Positions 9,628 to 19,645 of a stretch of DNA of 64,000 bases are shown here, one piece after another. The notes beneath the pieces are model-generated. The model saw only the letters and a list, made by a program, of their open reading frames with translations. It was not told the DNA's origin and did no database searches. The first letter of the stretch is position 1, and each line of letters begins with the position of its first letter. The translations under genes were made by a program, and so were the position numbers. Location of the stretch: positions 2,310-66,309 of the forward strand of contig DAOUCO010000116.1 in NCBI GenBank assembly GCA_034432135.1, written 5' to 3'. Source of the stretch: Dehalococcoidales bacterium (GTDB taxonomy: Bacteria; Chloroflexota; Dehalococcoidia; Dehalococcoidales; RBG-16-60-22).

Positions 9628-10296
9628 CTATGTCGCTCCTTCGGCTATTCTTTTCGCTTTTTCCAAATCTTCCTTAGTGTTAATATTGAAGAAACTTAAG
9701 TGCTTCGGGTCGAATTTATCAATTTCGCCAGCTTCGATAAACCTTACCTTCACATAATCAAACAGTTCGACGATTACTTTCTTTCCCTGTTTGAGAATTG
9801 AGTTGATGGGGTCGATACAGTTCTTAGAATATATCGCGTGCAACGGCTCATACCATTTATTGACCCGTGGTAATACAAAATCATATCCTTCGGCAACTTT
9901 TATCATGTATCGTAACAATGTCTCATTTAAAAATGGCATATCTGCAGCCACAACAAGATTATAAAACGACTCCGATTTTAATAGCCCGGTATATATACCG
10001 CCCAAAGAACCCTGCCCGGGGACAATATCATTTACTATTTTTACTCTTGGATGGCTAGACAACCGGGCAAAAGTTCTCTCTTTCGCTGTAACGATAATTA
10101 TTTCTTCACTGATTGGGTCTATGCAGGATATTACTTTTTCGAGTAGACTTGTATTGCCGATTTTTTCTAGAACTTTGTCATGACCGAAGCGGATGCTTTT
10201 GCCGCCAGCCAGGATAATACTGCTTATCTCCAAATTTTTAGCCTGTTTTGAACGCGAACCTAACCCCCTATATACTATTTTACCATAGAAAGTCAA
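9628..10296 (-). CDS. mobA: Molybdenum cofactor guanylyltransferase MobA
   Basis: ILAGGKSIRFGHDK motif. The true start may be the internal TTG near 10230, which gives (M)EISSIILAGG. Confidence 0.8.
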   Translation of the reverse strand: MTFYGKIVYRGLGSRSKQAKNLEISSIILAGGKSIRFGHDKVLEKIGNTSLLEKVISCIDPISEEIIIVTAKERTFARLSSHPRVKIVNDIVPGQGSLGGIYTGLLKSESFYNLVVAADMPFLNETLLRYMIKVAEGYDFVLPRVNKWYEPLHAIYSKNCIDPINSILKQGKKVIVELFDYVKVRFIEAGEIDKFDPKHLSFFNINTKEDLEKAKRIAEGAT

Positions 10297-10446
10297 GAGA
10301 AAATATAGGTGGTAGCTATTTGTTATTGATGATTACAAGCTAAATATCCGTTTAAAGCGTTCAATCCGTCCGCGTGTATTTGAGGCACGGATTTTCCCAA
10401 TTTGTATTATCTATAATCATATCTGCAACTTTAGTAGGGGGATATT

Positions 10447-11115
10447 TTAATAAATGCATTTGCGGTCGAAGATAGAAAGCAGGTCATCGAATTTATTGAT
10501 GGTGATATCCGCCTGCTCTGGTTCCTCCCCGCCGTACCCGAACAACACGCCGATAGACAGTGAACCCGTCTCTCTGGCGGCTTCGATATCATGAGACCTA
10601 TCGCCGACTACCGCCGCCGTTAATCCGCCGAATTTTTGTTTAATTTTATTTACCAGCGCCGGTTTGGTGAGATTATCATCTTGTACACATTCTACGTAGT
10701 CAAAATACTCCCTGATGTCTAGAGTTGACATAACTACATTGAGATACATCGTAGAGGCGTTGGTGTATTGGGCTAATTTATAACCTCGCTTCCTTAAAGT
10801 CTCGAGTGTTTCCTTGACTCTTGGATAAGGCTGCGCCATGTCTCGGAAAGCGCCTTCATATTCATTGCGGACTCTTTCTCTTAGTTCCTCAACTGAAAGC
10901 TGGCTATCTTTGGGCATGATGAACTCATAAAGACTCCCTTTTGTAGAAGCCGTTGTTACTCCGAAAAACTGGTTGATTTCCTCCGGGCTAAAAGTGACCG
11001 ACCATCCCAGCTTGGCAAAAGCCCTCTTTATCGACTCGTAGACCGCGGGGAGGGAGCGAACAATCGTCCCATCCATATCGAAGATAATTAAATTTACGTC
11101 ATTCGGGTTTATCAT
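10447..11115 (-). CDS. HAD-superfamily hydrolase (phosphoglycolate-phosphatase-like)
   Basis: IIFDMDGTIV motif I plus a downstream GD..HD motif. Confidence 0.75.
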   Translation of the reverse strand: MINPNDVNLIIFDMDGTIVRSLPAVYESIKRAFAKLGWSVTFSPEEINQFFGVTTASTKGSLYEFIMPKDSQLSVEELRERVRNEYEGAFRDMAQPYPRVKETLETLRKRGYKLAQYTNASTMYLNVVMSTLDIREYFDYVECVQDDNLTKPALVNKIKQKFGGLTAAVVGDRSHDIEAARETGSLSIGVLFGYGGEEPEQADITINKFDDLLSIFDRKCIY

Positions 11116-11121
11116 CAGATG

Positions 11122-11763
11122 TTATAGTGACTGCTTTAAAACGTAAATTTGTGTAGCGCTTGGCAGCTTGTCTGCCTTGAGTTCTATTTCGCTGTCACTT
11201 GAACGTATGACATTGTTCTTGCCCTTGAGAAAATCATCTACGCCGGCAATCGGGAAGTTAAGCTTATCTGTTTTATAGTGCATCGGCAGAATGACTTTGG
11301 GCTTAAGCTGTTCGCATACTTTCGTCGCTGTCCTGGCGTCGATGGTGAAAAAGCCCCCCACCGGAATCATTAATACATCTACTTTACCGATAGCTTTTAC
11401 CTGGTCAGCGGTCAGTTCATGGCCTAGGTCTCCCGTGTGGCAAACATTTATCCCGTCGATACTAAAACAGAATACTGTATTTTTGCCACGCTGGCTTCCT
11501 CCTTTATCATCGTGAGCCGTAGCTACAGCTTTAATGTTGATGCCGTTGGCTTCCTGGCTGGCTTTGATTATTTTAGGGTTGCCTTTCACCGCGGCAACGT
11601 TATTATGGTCGCCGTGCTCATGGCTGATGGTCACAATGTCTGCCATTTCGTTAATGGCGCCGTGGCTTATTCCCATCGATGTTGCATATGGATCAGTCAG
11701 CAATCTCGTGCCGTTCTCTGAGGTGATTAAAAAAGCGGCATGGGCTAGATATTTAATTTTCAT
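11122..11763 (-). CDS. Metallo-beta-lactamase-fold hydrolase (UPF0173-like)
   Basis: ISHEHGDHNN metal motif, 213 aa. Confidence 0.75.
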   Translation of the reverse strand: MKIKYLAHAAFLITSENGTRLLTDPYATSMGISHGAINEMADIVTISHEHGDHNNVAAVKGNPKIIKASQEANGINIKAVATAHDDKGGSQRGKNTVFCFSIDGINVCHTGDLGHELTADQVKAIGKVDVLMIPVGGFFTIDARTATKVCEQLKPKVILPMHYKTDKLNFPIAGVDDFLKGKNNVIRSSDSEIELKADKLPSATQIYVLKQSL

Positions 11764-11782
11764 TTATGCACCTCCTGTTCTG

Positions 11783-13276
11783 TTATTTTTTGGCTTGTGC
11801 CATGACGAAATTTATCAACGTTCTTACCGGGGAGCCGGTAGCCCCTTTAACTTGGTAGCCTTTTTCTTTATCGTTATCGGGGCCAGTAAGGTCAAGGTGT
11901 ACCCAGGGGATTTTATCTACGAACTCTTCCAGGAACTTAGCGGCGGTTATCGCTCCGCCATATCTATTGCCGGTGTTCTTAATATCGGCGATATCGCTCT
12001 TAATGAACTCCTTATATTCTTCAAACATTGGCATTTGCCAGGTAAATTCACCGGCTTCTTTACCGGCGGCGATTACTTTATCTAAAAGCGGTTGATTGTT
12101 GGTAAAAGCCCCGGTGGTGATTTTCCCTAATGCTATCTGGCAGGCGCCGGTCAGGGTGGCTATATCGACGATGGCTTTAGCGCCGCTTTTTACAGCATAG
12201 CTTAAGGCATCAGCCAGTATCAGCCTGCCTTCGGCGTCCGTATTAAGCACCTCGATAGTCTTGCCGTTCATCGCCTTGATAATATCGCCCGGCTTCATCG
12301 CCGTTCCACTCGGCAGATTCTCCGTCGCTGGTACGAAAGCTGTAACATTAATTGCGGGCTTTAGTTGGGCTATAGCCGCTAGAGTTGCTATTACAGAAGC
12401 ACCGCCTGCCATATCATCCTTCATATCTGCCATATTTTCCGAAGGCTTGATGGAAATACCCCCCGAATCGAAAGTGATGCCCTTACCGACTAATGCTAAG
12501 TCGATTACATCTGATTTTCTGCCTTTATAGCTAAGGATAATGAACTTTGGCGGTTGCTGGCTCCCCTGTGAGACCCCTAATAGTCCTCCCATCCCCAGCT
12601 TTTTCATTTTGTCTCTATCGAAAATTTCTACCTTGAGCCCGTGTTTTTTAGCAAGCTGTCGGGCATTCTCTGCCATACGGGTTGGCGTCATGTAGTTGCC
12701 GGGCTCGTTGACCATGTCCCTAGCGTAATTAGCGGCATCCGCGATGATTTTACCTCTCGCGATGGCTTGTTCCATCTGTTTTTTCACTTTGCCGACTATC
12801 ATGAGTTCTTTTATCTCTTTGGAGTCATCTTCCTTTTTGGTAATATATCGCCGGAAAGTGTAAAGCCCCAGAACAGCGCCTTCGCTCATTGCCTGGACGG
12901 CATCATCGGTTTTTATCTTGTTTATCCCTTCACCCGTAATGACACTGGCTATGCTGCTAGCACCTTTATCCCGCAGGTAGCGGCAGGCTTCGGCGATAGC
13001 ACCACGGACTTTATTAATGGTCAGCTCCTGTTTCTTGCCTAGCCCGAGGACAGCTATTTTATCTGCCGGCAGCCTCCCCATACTGTGCAGGAGGGTAATC
13101 TCATTAAGTTTGCCTTTGATTTCCTTTTGCTTGATTAATTTGGTAATGGCGCCGTTTAGCTTCTTATCGATATCCACTATTATGCCCTCGGGTTGCTTCA
13201 CCCCTTCGTAATGATTGACTATTATTGCGTCGGTTTTAATGCTGGCTATATCGCCGATGGCAGCTTTAATCTCCAT
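11783..13276 (-). CDS. pepA: Leucyl aminopeptidase (M17)
   Basis: VGKGITFDSGG and NTDAEGRL signatures. Confidence 0.9.
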   Translation of the reverse strand: MEIKAAIGDIASIKTDAIIVNHYEGVKQPEGIIVDIDKKLNGAITKLIKQKEIKGKLNEITLLHSMGRLPADKIAVLGLGKKQELTINKVRGAIAEACRYLRDKGASSIASVITGEGINKIKTDDAVQAMSEGAVLGLYTFRRYITKKEDDSKEIKELMIVGKVKKQMEQAIARGKIIADAANYARDMVNEPGNYMTPTRMAENARQLAKKHGLKVEIFDRDKMKKLGMGGLLGVSQGSQQPPKFIILSYKGRKSDVIDLALVGKGITFDSGGISIKPSENMADMKDDMAGGASVIATLAAIAQLKPAINVTAFVPATENLPSGTAMKPGDIIKAMNGKTIEVLNTDAEGRLILADALSYAVKSGAKAIVDIATLTGACQIALGKITTGAFTNNQPLLDKVIAAGKEAGEFTWQMPMFEEYKEFIKSDIADIKNTGNRYGGAITAAKFLEEFVDKIPWVHLDLTGPDNDKEKGYQVKGATGSPVRTLINFVMAQAKK

Positions 13277-13290
13277 TTAAAGGTCTCCTT

Positions 13291-13878
13291 TCATCGTTTG
13301 GTTTCTCTCACTATTTTATCTATGGTGGGCGTAATATCTCGGGACGTGTCCACGGTAAAATGGCGGCGTTTGATTTTCTCTACTTTCGTTTTCATTTTCA
13401 GATAGACTTCCCAGTCCGCGTCAGAGCTTTCAAAGCCGTTCTTGTTTTCCACTCGCTTATTAAGTCGCTGCCGTACCAGTTCCGGTGGCGCTTGAACGCT
13501 TACCAAAATCAACTTTACCTTTAACCTTTCAGCGATATTATAGAAGCGCTCCCGGTGTCTCTCTTCGAGGTTGGTCGCGTCTAGGATGATAGGTATTCCT
13601 TTCTTTAGCAGGTCTTCTATCAGTTTATAAATTGTTTTAAACAGGCAAGCGCTCTCTTCTGCTGAATAGGTCGGTGTGGGGAAGACCTGCTTGCGCAGGG
13701 CATCGCTTTCTAGGACGAGGAAAGGCAAGCGCTTCGCCAGCTTGCGGCAGAAATAGGACTTGCCTGTTCCCGGTAGTCCGCTGACCACGATAATGGTAGG
13801 TTGTGCTTCCGCTTCGGGGAAATTGGTAAAGTTGCTGGCCAGCCGATGTGCATCGGAGATTAACTGTAGCGCTCCCAT
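13291..13878 (-). CDS. P-loop kinase-like ATPase (AAA_33-type)
   Basis: Walker A VSGLPGTGKS, 195 aa. Confidence 0.6.
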   Translation of the reverse strand: MGALQLISDAHRLASNFTNFPEAEAQPTIIVVSGLPGTGKSYFCRKLAKRLPFLVLESDALRKQVFPTPTYSAEESACLFKTIYKLIEDLLKKGIPIILDATNLEERHRERFYNIAERLKVKLILVSVQAPPELVRQRLNKRVENKNGFESSDADWEVYLKMKTKVEKIKRRHFTVDTSRDITPTIDKIVRETKR

Positions 13879-13942
13879 ACCATTTGATTATAGATTGTTT
13901 TGGACGGTTTGGCTAGACGTTGTTTGGAGAGGAGGACGTATT

Positions 13943-14800
13943 TTATTCACCGTAAAAAGCCACGCCTACTAGCCCCGGCCCAGTATGCACCCCCATTACT
14001 GGGGTGAATTCGGTGATGTATATCTCTCTACATTCGAATCGAGACGCAATCCTGTCTCTTAGTGTTGCAGCTTCATCAATGGCGTCAGCATGCATTACGG
14101 CGACATGGAGTTGTTGGCCTTTATTTACCGCCCTCTCCATCAGTCTTAAAATATGGTTAATGGCGCTTTTCATTGTCCTCGGCAGGCCTACAGTACGGGG
14201 ATCGGCGTGGTTCAACGTGAAAACGGGTTTGATGTTAAGCAATGAATTCACCAGCGCAGCAGCCTGCGGTACGCGCCCGCTTCTTGCCAGATAGTGCAGT
14301 GTATCCAGTGTGGCGAACAGGTTTACCTTAAACATGACGCTATAGATGGTTTTTTTAACTTCTTCCAGCGTTTTATCCAGTGCGGCGGCTCTAGCGGCTG
14401 CCAGCGCCACTAGTCCCTGTCCAGCGGCAGCCGTAGTGCATTCTATTACCTCGATGGTCGCATCACGGATAATATTTTTAGCCATTTCTGCCGCCGTTCG
14501 AGCTGAATTGAACATCGCGCTGAACTTTGACGGTTCTGTCAGACAAATAATGTTGCGTGCCTTGCGGCTGGCATTTTGGAAAGCTTCGAGGTAAGGTGTC
14601 GGGGAGGAGGCGGATGTGGTAGGTATTTTCTTCGATTTACGCAACATAGCGTAGAACTCGGTAGGAGTAATATCTATTCCATCCCGATAAGTCTTTTCGT
14701 TAATAATTAGGGGGACCGGCACCACCTCGATGTCAAATGTTTTTACCTGTTCCGGCGGAACACAGGCGGTGGTATCGGTAACGATGCTAACTTTTTTCGT
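13943..14800 (-). CDS. degV: DegV family fatty-acid-binding protein (conserved N-terminus extends beyond the track ORF)
   Basis: The track ORF is 13943..14725. In frame upstream it reads TKKVSIVTDTTACVPPEQVKTFDIEVVPVP, a canonical DegV N-terminus. The only codon in the start position is ACG at 14798-14800, with GAGGTG 5 nt upstream and an in-frame TGA four codons further upstream. Confidence 0.75.
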   Translation of the reverse strand, partial: TKKVSIVTDTTACVPPEQVKTFDIEVVPVPLIINEKTYRDGIDITPTEFYAMLRKSKKIPTTSASSPTPYLEAFQNASRKARNIICLTEPSKFSAMFNSARTAAEMAKNIIRDATIEVIECTTAAAGQGLVALAAARAAALDKTLEEVKKTIYSVMFKVNLFATLDTLHYLARSGRVPQAAALVNSLLNIKPVFTLNHADPRTVGLPRTMKSAINHILRLMERAVNKGQQLHVAVMHADAIDEAATLRDRIASRFECREIYITEFTPVMGVHTGPGLVGVAFYGE

Positions 14801-14843
14801 GGAAGCACCTCTTCACGTAAATATTATATTTTTAGGGATAGTA

Positions 14844-15770
14844 TTAATTCTCTTTTTTCCTTATTCCGGAGACAGTCCTTTTTTTTAGGCGTTTTTCTAG
14901 TAGAAGTGGAATTAAGAGCACTCCCCACATTATTATCAATAGGCCTAGGAAAGCTAGGTTAATCAGATAGCCGGTGGAGTGATAGACGATAAGACTTATC
15001 GTCGGTAGGCTGGAAGCAGCCAACAGGCCGACCCTTAACCAGCGTTGGCGTAAACGGATAAAAACCGCGATAGTCAGCGCCAGTCCCATGAAGCTCAGTC
15101 CTATCCACGGAGCGTAATAATACAATCGTTGTATACTTTCTTCGGAAAATCTGCCCGACGGTGATATCGCTAGCAGCCATCCGATGATTATCGGCAGTGG
15201 TATCAGCATTAACGAACTAAAAAGCCAGTCCCTCTTTATGGTCAATATGATAATACGGAAAAGCCACCACAGAGCCAGTCCTAAATATACCGGCAGTACT
15301 ACAAATGACCATCCTTTAGGCAGATAGAGCAACATCAAACCCACGATAACTACTGGAAACAATGTATACCCCAACCATGGGAAGACCCAGGTTGGTTTGC
15401 CATGACACCAGCCGTAGATTGTCGTAGCGAGAATCAGTATGATAACAATCGATACCCAGCCGGGATAATGCCACCAGTTAAGAACGAATAGCAGCCCGAA
15501 GAGTATATGAGGCATCGAGGCGAGCAATACCTGTTTCCAGCTACCTTGGCTGTATGCCTCGTAAATCTGACGGGAGATTGACTTCGTGCTGCCCATTTGT
15601 TCCAGACATTTTTTAAGTGCCTCTTCTTTTGTAAGCCCTGAACTGGTTAGTTCCTGGACTCTATCTTCAATATGTGCTTCAAGCTCGCTCATAATGATGG
15701 TCTCATCTGAACGTTCGAGCCGGGCGTTCGACCGAATATTTTCTAGATATTGAATTAAGTCCAGTGTCAT
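14844..15770 (-). CDS. Multi-pass membrane protein with PadR-associated N-terminal helical domain
   Basis: 308 aa with a soluble helical N-terminus followed by about 6-8 TM segments. It lies immediately downstream of padR. Confidence 0.6.
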   Translation of the reverse strand: MTLDLIQYLENIRSNARLERSDETIIMSELEAHIEDRVQELTSSGLTKEEALKKCLEQMGSTKSISRQIYEAYSQGSWKQVLLASMPHILFGLLFVLNWWHYPGWVSIVIILILATTIYGWCHGKPTWVFPWLGYTLFPVVIVGLMLLYLPKGWSFVVLPVYLGLALWWLFRIIILTIKRDWLFSSLMLIPLPIIIGWLLAISPSGRFSEESIQRLYYYAPWIGLSFMGLALTIAVFIRLRQRWLRVGLLAASSLPTISLIVYHSTGYLINLAFLGLLIIMWGVLLIPLLLEKRLKKRTVSGIRKKEN

Positions 15771-15782
15771 TTGGTTATCCCT

Positions 15783-16133
15783 TTAAATTCCTTTTGTCTC
15801 TGGTTGGAGTATTAATTTGACCGCGGTGAAAAAGTCCAGCCATTGCGTTTTTTCCATCGCCAGCTTGGCTTGCCCCTTAGCAGTAATGTGATAATAACGC
15901 CTCTGACGTCCGTTGGGCAACATTTCCCAGGCACCGTATATCAAGCCGCTTCTTTCCAATCGATGTAGGGCGGGGTACAGCGTACCCTCTTTAAACTTAA
16001 AATACCCTTGGCTCCTTGTTTCGAGTTCCTTAACTATCTGATAGCCGTACATTGGCTTTCGTTCCAGTAAAGATAAAAGTAGGTAGCTTGAACTGCCTTT
16101 AAGCAGGTCGTTTTTACGTTCCATATACATCAC
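15783..16133 (-). CDS. PadR family transcriptional regulator
   Basis: LLSLLERKPMYGYQIVKELE...GTLYPALHRLERSGLI winged-helix signature. Confidence 0.85.
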   Translation of the reverse strand: MMYMERKNDLLKGSSSYLLLSLLERKPMYGYQIVKELETRSQGYFKFKEGTLYPALHRLERSGLIYGAWEMLPNGRQRRYYHITAKGQAKLAMEKTQWLDFFTAVKLILQPETKGI

Positions 16134-16302
16134 CTCAGTTGCAATATTTACTTAGACACTCTATGTATGTCAATACTATCAAAGAAACTTTATCTTTGCA
16201 AGAGGTTGCTAAAAAAATCATCCCGAAGACGTGAAATTAACATATACTTGAGACTGAATGACCAAAATGTTATAGTTTGGGAGAACGCTTTTTACTGCTA
16301 AT

Positions 16303-16387
16303 GGGGGAGTGCCGGAACTGGCAGACGGGCTGGACTTAGGATCCAGTGCAGCAATGCGTGGGGGTTCGAGTCCCCCCTTCCCCACCA
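16303..16387 (+). tRNA. tRNA-Leu (anticodon TAG)
   Basis: GGGGGAGTGCCGGAACTGGCAGACGGGCTGGACTTAGGATCCAGTGCAGCAATGCGTGGGGGTTCGAGTCCCCCCTTCCCCACCA. It has a long variable arm (class II), anticodon loop CTTAGGA, and an encoded CCA. Confidence 0.9.
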
Positions 16388-18153
16388 TAGGTCACTTTTG
16401 TGAAACTGGGCGGCTCCCCCTTTTCGTTTTCGTTGGTAAGGTTCAACCGGCAAGATATCTTCCTTGATTTTAAATCCTCCGACGGCAGAATCTTAATACC
16501 CAGTTTGGCAACCAGGTCAGCTCTCTCTTCGAAGGTGGACTCCTGAAGATTCCGGTCACGGAGTTCCTTCAGTTCCTGCCGCAGTAGCTCAGCCTCAAAA
16601 ATGCTGAGACCCCGGTGAGACATCTGTTCACGCAGTCTGGCAATCTCTGATTCTGCCCTGGCAATGGCTTCACGGTTCTCGGTAAGCTTGATTTGGACTT
16701 CCTCAGGTGTATAAAAACCCTTCTCCCAACCCTCCTGTACCTTACTGATTCGGAGTTTTGCCTGGCTTATCTTGAGTTGCTCCAGTTTGATGAGCTTTTC
16801 CAGGTCTCTGCTTTGAGATAATTCCGTCGTTAGTTGCTGTTCCAGCCACGCATCACTACTCAGCATAGCGCAGATTTCCTCCCAGATCTCGTTATCCCAT
16901 GTCCCTGGAACAAATTTACTATAGGTGCAGGGGTCTCTCAACCATGAGCAGTAATGTGCCCGACAGTAGTAATACACCTGGTCGCTGCCTTTATTCCGCA
17001 GTAAGACAGACATTGGCTTTCCGCATCGTGGGCAAAGCATCCGATTGCGGAACAGTGCCTGTATCCTTTTGCCCTGCTTGCCCCGGCCGCGCCCTCTCTC
17101 CCTGAGATTGTTATTGGCTCTTAGCCACTGTTCTTCGGTGATAAGAGCCGGTACCTCAAAGGTTACCTTCTCTCCGTCCGGCTTTGGGCGCACCAGAGTT
17201 CTCTTTATACCCAGTGTTAAATCACCCAGAGGTCTCTCAGGGTTGGGAACACGGCCATTGGCATTATACTCAGCCTTCCCCGTGTAACACCGGCGACCGG
17301 CGATCTTTATCACCGTTTTGGGTGCCCATGTTGTTCTTATAGGTGGCTCAATTTCCATTTCATTAAGCTTACGGGCAACCCAGTAGGCAGTGCGGGCTTC
17401 ATCTCCGAGCCAGACGAAAATCTGTTTTACCACCCAGGCAGGGCTTCTGTAAATTGGCTGCCCGTCAGGACCCAGTTCGTCTACTTCCCACCAGGCACGC
17501 AGTACTTTGGCTCTACCCGTACGAGCCTCAATAATCTTTTCAGTACGGTAGATATAGCCGTAGCCCGCTCGGTGGGCCGGCGCCTTGCCTGCCAAAACGC
17601 GGGCAATATTCCCTGCCAAGGCGTTATCGCGGTTACATTTGACCCGTAGAGCGTTTGCCTGGGCCTGGATAAGCCTGGTTGTCTGGCTAGCCCAATCATT
17701 GCCCCCAGGGGCATCACCGTATACCACCCGAATGCCGTAGTAAGCGCACTCTCTTTCGAAGGCTAACTGGTGGAGAGGGTCGGCAGACAGGCGTCCCTGG
17801 AAAGGAATGACTATGCCGGCGATGTGCCTACCCGCTATTAACTCTTTGCGGAGCCAATTCATACCAGGGCGATTTAAGTCTTCGCTGGACTCAGAGTCAT
17901 AGATAACGTATTCCTTCGGCACGATGCCGCCGTGCTGTTTGGCCAGTTTCGCATTGGTAAGCAAGTACTCTCCCAGTCGGTCGTTTTCCGCCTGCTCCCT
18001 GGTGGACTGTCTGTTATACGCTGCCCACCAATGCTGCTGTCTGAGGTCACACCCCGGGATTCCGAACCCTTCCTCATAGCCCGCTATTTTTGCAGCCTCG
18101 CTGATGTAGTGGTCAAGACGCTCGCTGCTCATGACTTCTGCTGTTTGAACCAT
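16336..18153 (-). CDS. Large serine recombinase (integrase)
   Basis: Has the resolvase catalytic motif AAYNRQSTREQ. This is followed by a recombinase domain, a zinc ribbon (CPRCGKPM...YYCRAHYC) and a coiled coil. The last ~17 codons (GGEGGTRTPTHCCTGS) are encoded by the complement of tRNA-Leu. Confidence 0.85.
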   Translation of the reverse strand: MVQTAEVMSSERLDHYISEAAKIAGYEEGFGIPGCDLRQQHWWAAYNRQSTREQAENDRLGEYLLTNAKLAKQHGGIVPKEYVIYDSESSEDLNRPGMNWLRKELIAGRHIAGIVIPFQGRLSADPLHQLAFERECAYYGIRVVYGDAPGGNDWASQTTRLIQAQANALRVKCNRDNALAGNIARVLAGKAPAHRAGYGYIYRTEKIIEARTGRAKVLRAWWEVDELGPDGQPIYRSPAWVVKQIFVWLGDEARTAYWVARKLNEMEIEPPIRTTWAPKTVIKIAGRRCYTGKAEYNANGRVPNPERPLGDLTLGIKRTLVRPKPDGEKVTFEVPALITEEQWLRANNNLRERGRGRGKQGKRIQALFRNRMLCPRCGKPMSVLLRNKGSDQVYYYCRAHYCSWLRDPCTYSKFVPGTWDNEIWEEICAMLSSDAWLEQQLTTELSQSRDLEKLIKLEQLKISQAKLRISKVQEGWEKGFYTPEEVQIKLTENREAIARAESEIARLREQMSHRGLSIFEAELLRQELKELRDRNLQESTFEERADLVAKLGIKILPSEDLKSRKISCRLNLTNENEKGEPPSFTKVTYGGEGGTRTPTHCCTGS

Positions 18154-18156
18154 CTT

Positions 18157-18423
18157 TCACCTCCTGAAAAGCCAGTCTTGTATACTGCCACTATTTTCTC
18201 GTTTGATTGTTGATTCTGGAAACTCCCACGTAGAAATTGCTTCACCAGTCTCCTGCTGCCCTATTCTTACAAAGCGTGACCATAAACAACGCATCGTGAA
18301 AGCCATTTCGAGCACCTGTGTCAAGGACGCGTCACTGTCATCACCAAAGTATTTCAGGGCAAGGTCATGGGTCTTGGCAATCAGGTCATTATCCATCTCA
18401 ATGTCTAGATCTACCATTTCCAC
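18157..18423 (-). CDS. Hypothetical protein (element-borne)
   Basis: 88-aa ORF 3 nt upstream of the recombinase start. No motif recognised. Confidence 0.45.
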   Translation of the reverse strand: MEMVDLDIEMDNDLIAKTHDLALKYFGDDSDASLTQVLEMAFTMRCLWSRFVRIGQQETGEAISTWEFPESTIKRENSGSIQDWLFRR

Positions 18424-18568
18424 TGCAATATCTCCAAAGCCGCCTCAGGCTATCGCGAATCAGTCGTCTAATGGCTATCACACCATTCCCTGGCCAGAGA
18501 AGGTTAGCCTCGGCTACAACCTGCCTCATCAGTTCTTCTGTTATTTTGAACTTTAATCTTGCCATCAT
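18398..18568 (-). CDS. Small ribbon-helix-helix-like protein (56 aa)
   Basis: MMARLKFKITEELMRQVVAEA... has a beta-strand-then-helix pattern typical of CopG/RHH. It overlaps the start of the 18157..18423 gene and is below the track size cutoff. Confidence 0.4.
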   Translation of the reverse strand: MMARLKFKITEELMRQVVAEANLLWPGNGVIAIRRLIRDSLRRLWRYCSGNGRSRH

Positions 18569-18616
18569 CTGCACAATTTGTTAGTTTGTACTGTCCTTGA
18601 AGCAGGACTATTACCC

Positions 18617-18898
18617 TCATCCTTGCCCATTCCCTTCCCTCAGATACCGAACAAGCCACCTGGGCAAGGGCCAGCCTTTATCCTCCCAGGGAAATTGCGG
18701 AAGCCACTGCCAAAACGCTTCCTTAATTAGTTCGATTTCATGTCCGTCCCGACTCGGCTCGATGTCCCTGACGTGGTAAAAAATTGTTTTCTCGTTGCTG
18801 CCGAAAACGCCAGCAATTTCAGCCAGCGAAGCTCCGCACCTGCGAAGCCGTCGCATCCTTTCTATCTCCTCCCGCATGAATTTGCTGTTGGCACCCAT
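18617..18898 (-). CDS. HTH DNA-binding protein (element regulator)
   Basis: RRLRRCGASLAEIAGVFGSNEKTIFYHV is a helix-turn-helix of the resolvase/sigma-70 region-4 type. Confidence 0.55.
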   Translation of the reverse strand: MGANSKFMREEIERMRRLRRCGASLAEIAGVFGSNEKTIFYHVRDIEPSRDGHEIELIKEAFWQWLPQFPWEDKGWPLPRWLVRYLREGNGQG

Positions 18899-19608
18899 TA
18901 GTCTGACTCAGAACAATATTCTAAGAATAATTTTCTCATATTCCATGGAGCTTGTCAAGACCCCGCTCTCGGTAAACAGACCCCCGGGTAGCCCAAGGGT
19001 GCAGTTGTGTTATAAGAGCAGCTTAGAGAAAGAGCAAAGTGATCTCACCCTGGATTTATCCCTCGCCTCGGAGAAAAATCGGGCATCCCCGTTGAAGGGC
19101 AACATCAGCGTTAGGACGCCACTGAACCTGGGCAGCTTTGCGGTATCTGGTCGGTCGTACCTGGAAGGAGATTACGCAGTTGGTGCTGGTTGAAAACTTG
19201 TTCAGCTCGCTGTTCAGGTGTTCGTTCAGTCGTTCAGTCAGTCATATGGTCGGTTCCCAGCCGGGTACTGCATTAAAGAGTCATGGAAGGTGGAGCTTAA
19301 ATTTCTTGCCCAATTTTTCCCTTTTTTGAAGGGAAATTAAGAGGGATTTAAGCTCAATAATCCCCCTGAGTACGCCCTTTTTCAAAGGAAGAAGGAACTT
19401 TTTCGGCAGTCTCTCTTTAGGGTAAAAAGTGCGATGAGGTAACAATGCAAGCAAGTGTGACTTTTATTGAACAAAATATGGACAATAATTGTGCAATAAA
19501 TTTTTTATATTTCACTAGTACTACGTTGTCTAATCCGTTATGTGCTCCCCAAAATAACATGAAACTTGATTATTCTGGGGAGGGCAAGTCATGATTGTGC
19601 TTAAACGC

Positions 19609-19645
19609 AGTTAGGAAGGACGAGAGGCGGGTATCCTTCCTAACT
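19609..19645 (-). terminator. Strong hairpin downstream of the substrate-binding-protein gene
   Basis: A perfect 12-bp inverted repeat, AGTTAGGAAGGA-13 nt-TCCTTCCTAACT, lies 37 nt beyond the stop at 19682. The minus-strand trailing T-run is weak (GCGTTTAAG). Confidence 0.4.

Larger units (their letters stand above)
16303..18898. mobile_element. Integration module of an integrated element at tRNA-Leu (serine recombinase plus small RHH/HTH genes)
   Basis: The recombinase ORF overlaps the 3' half of the tRNA. Small regulatory-type genes follow on the same strand. The right boundary of the element was not determined. Confidence 0.6.

Noticed and set aside
10297-10446. Moco riboswitch upstream of mobA-moeA-mobB
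   Set aside because: Only a simple 7-bp hairpin is present (AATCCGT...ACGGATT). I could not find the conserved Moco-motif elements.
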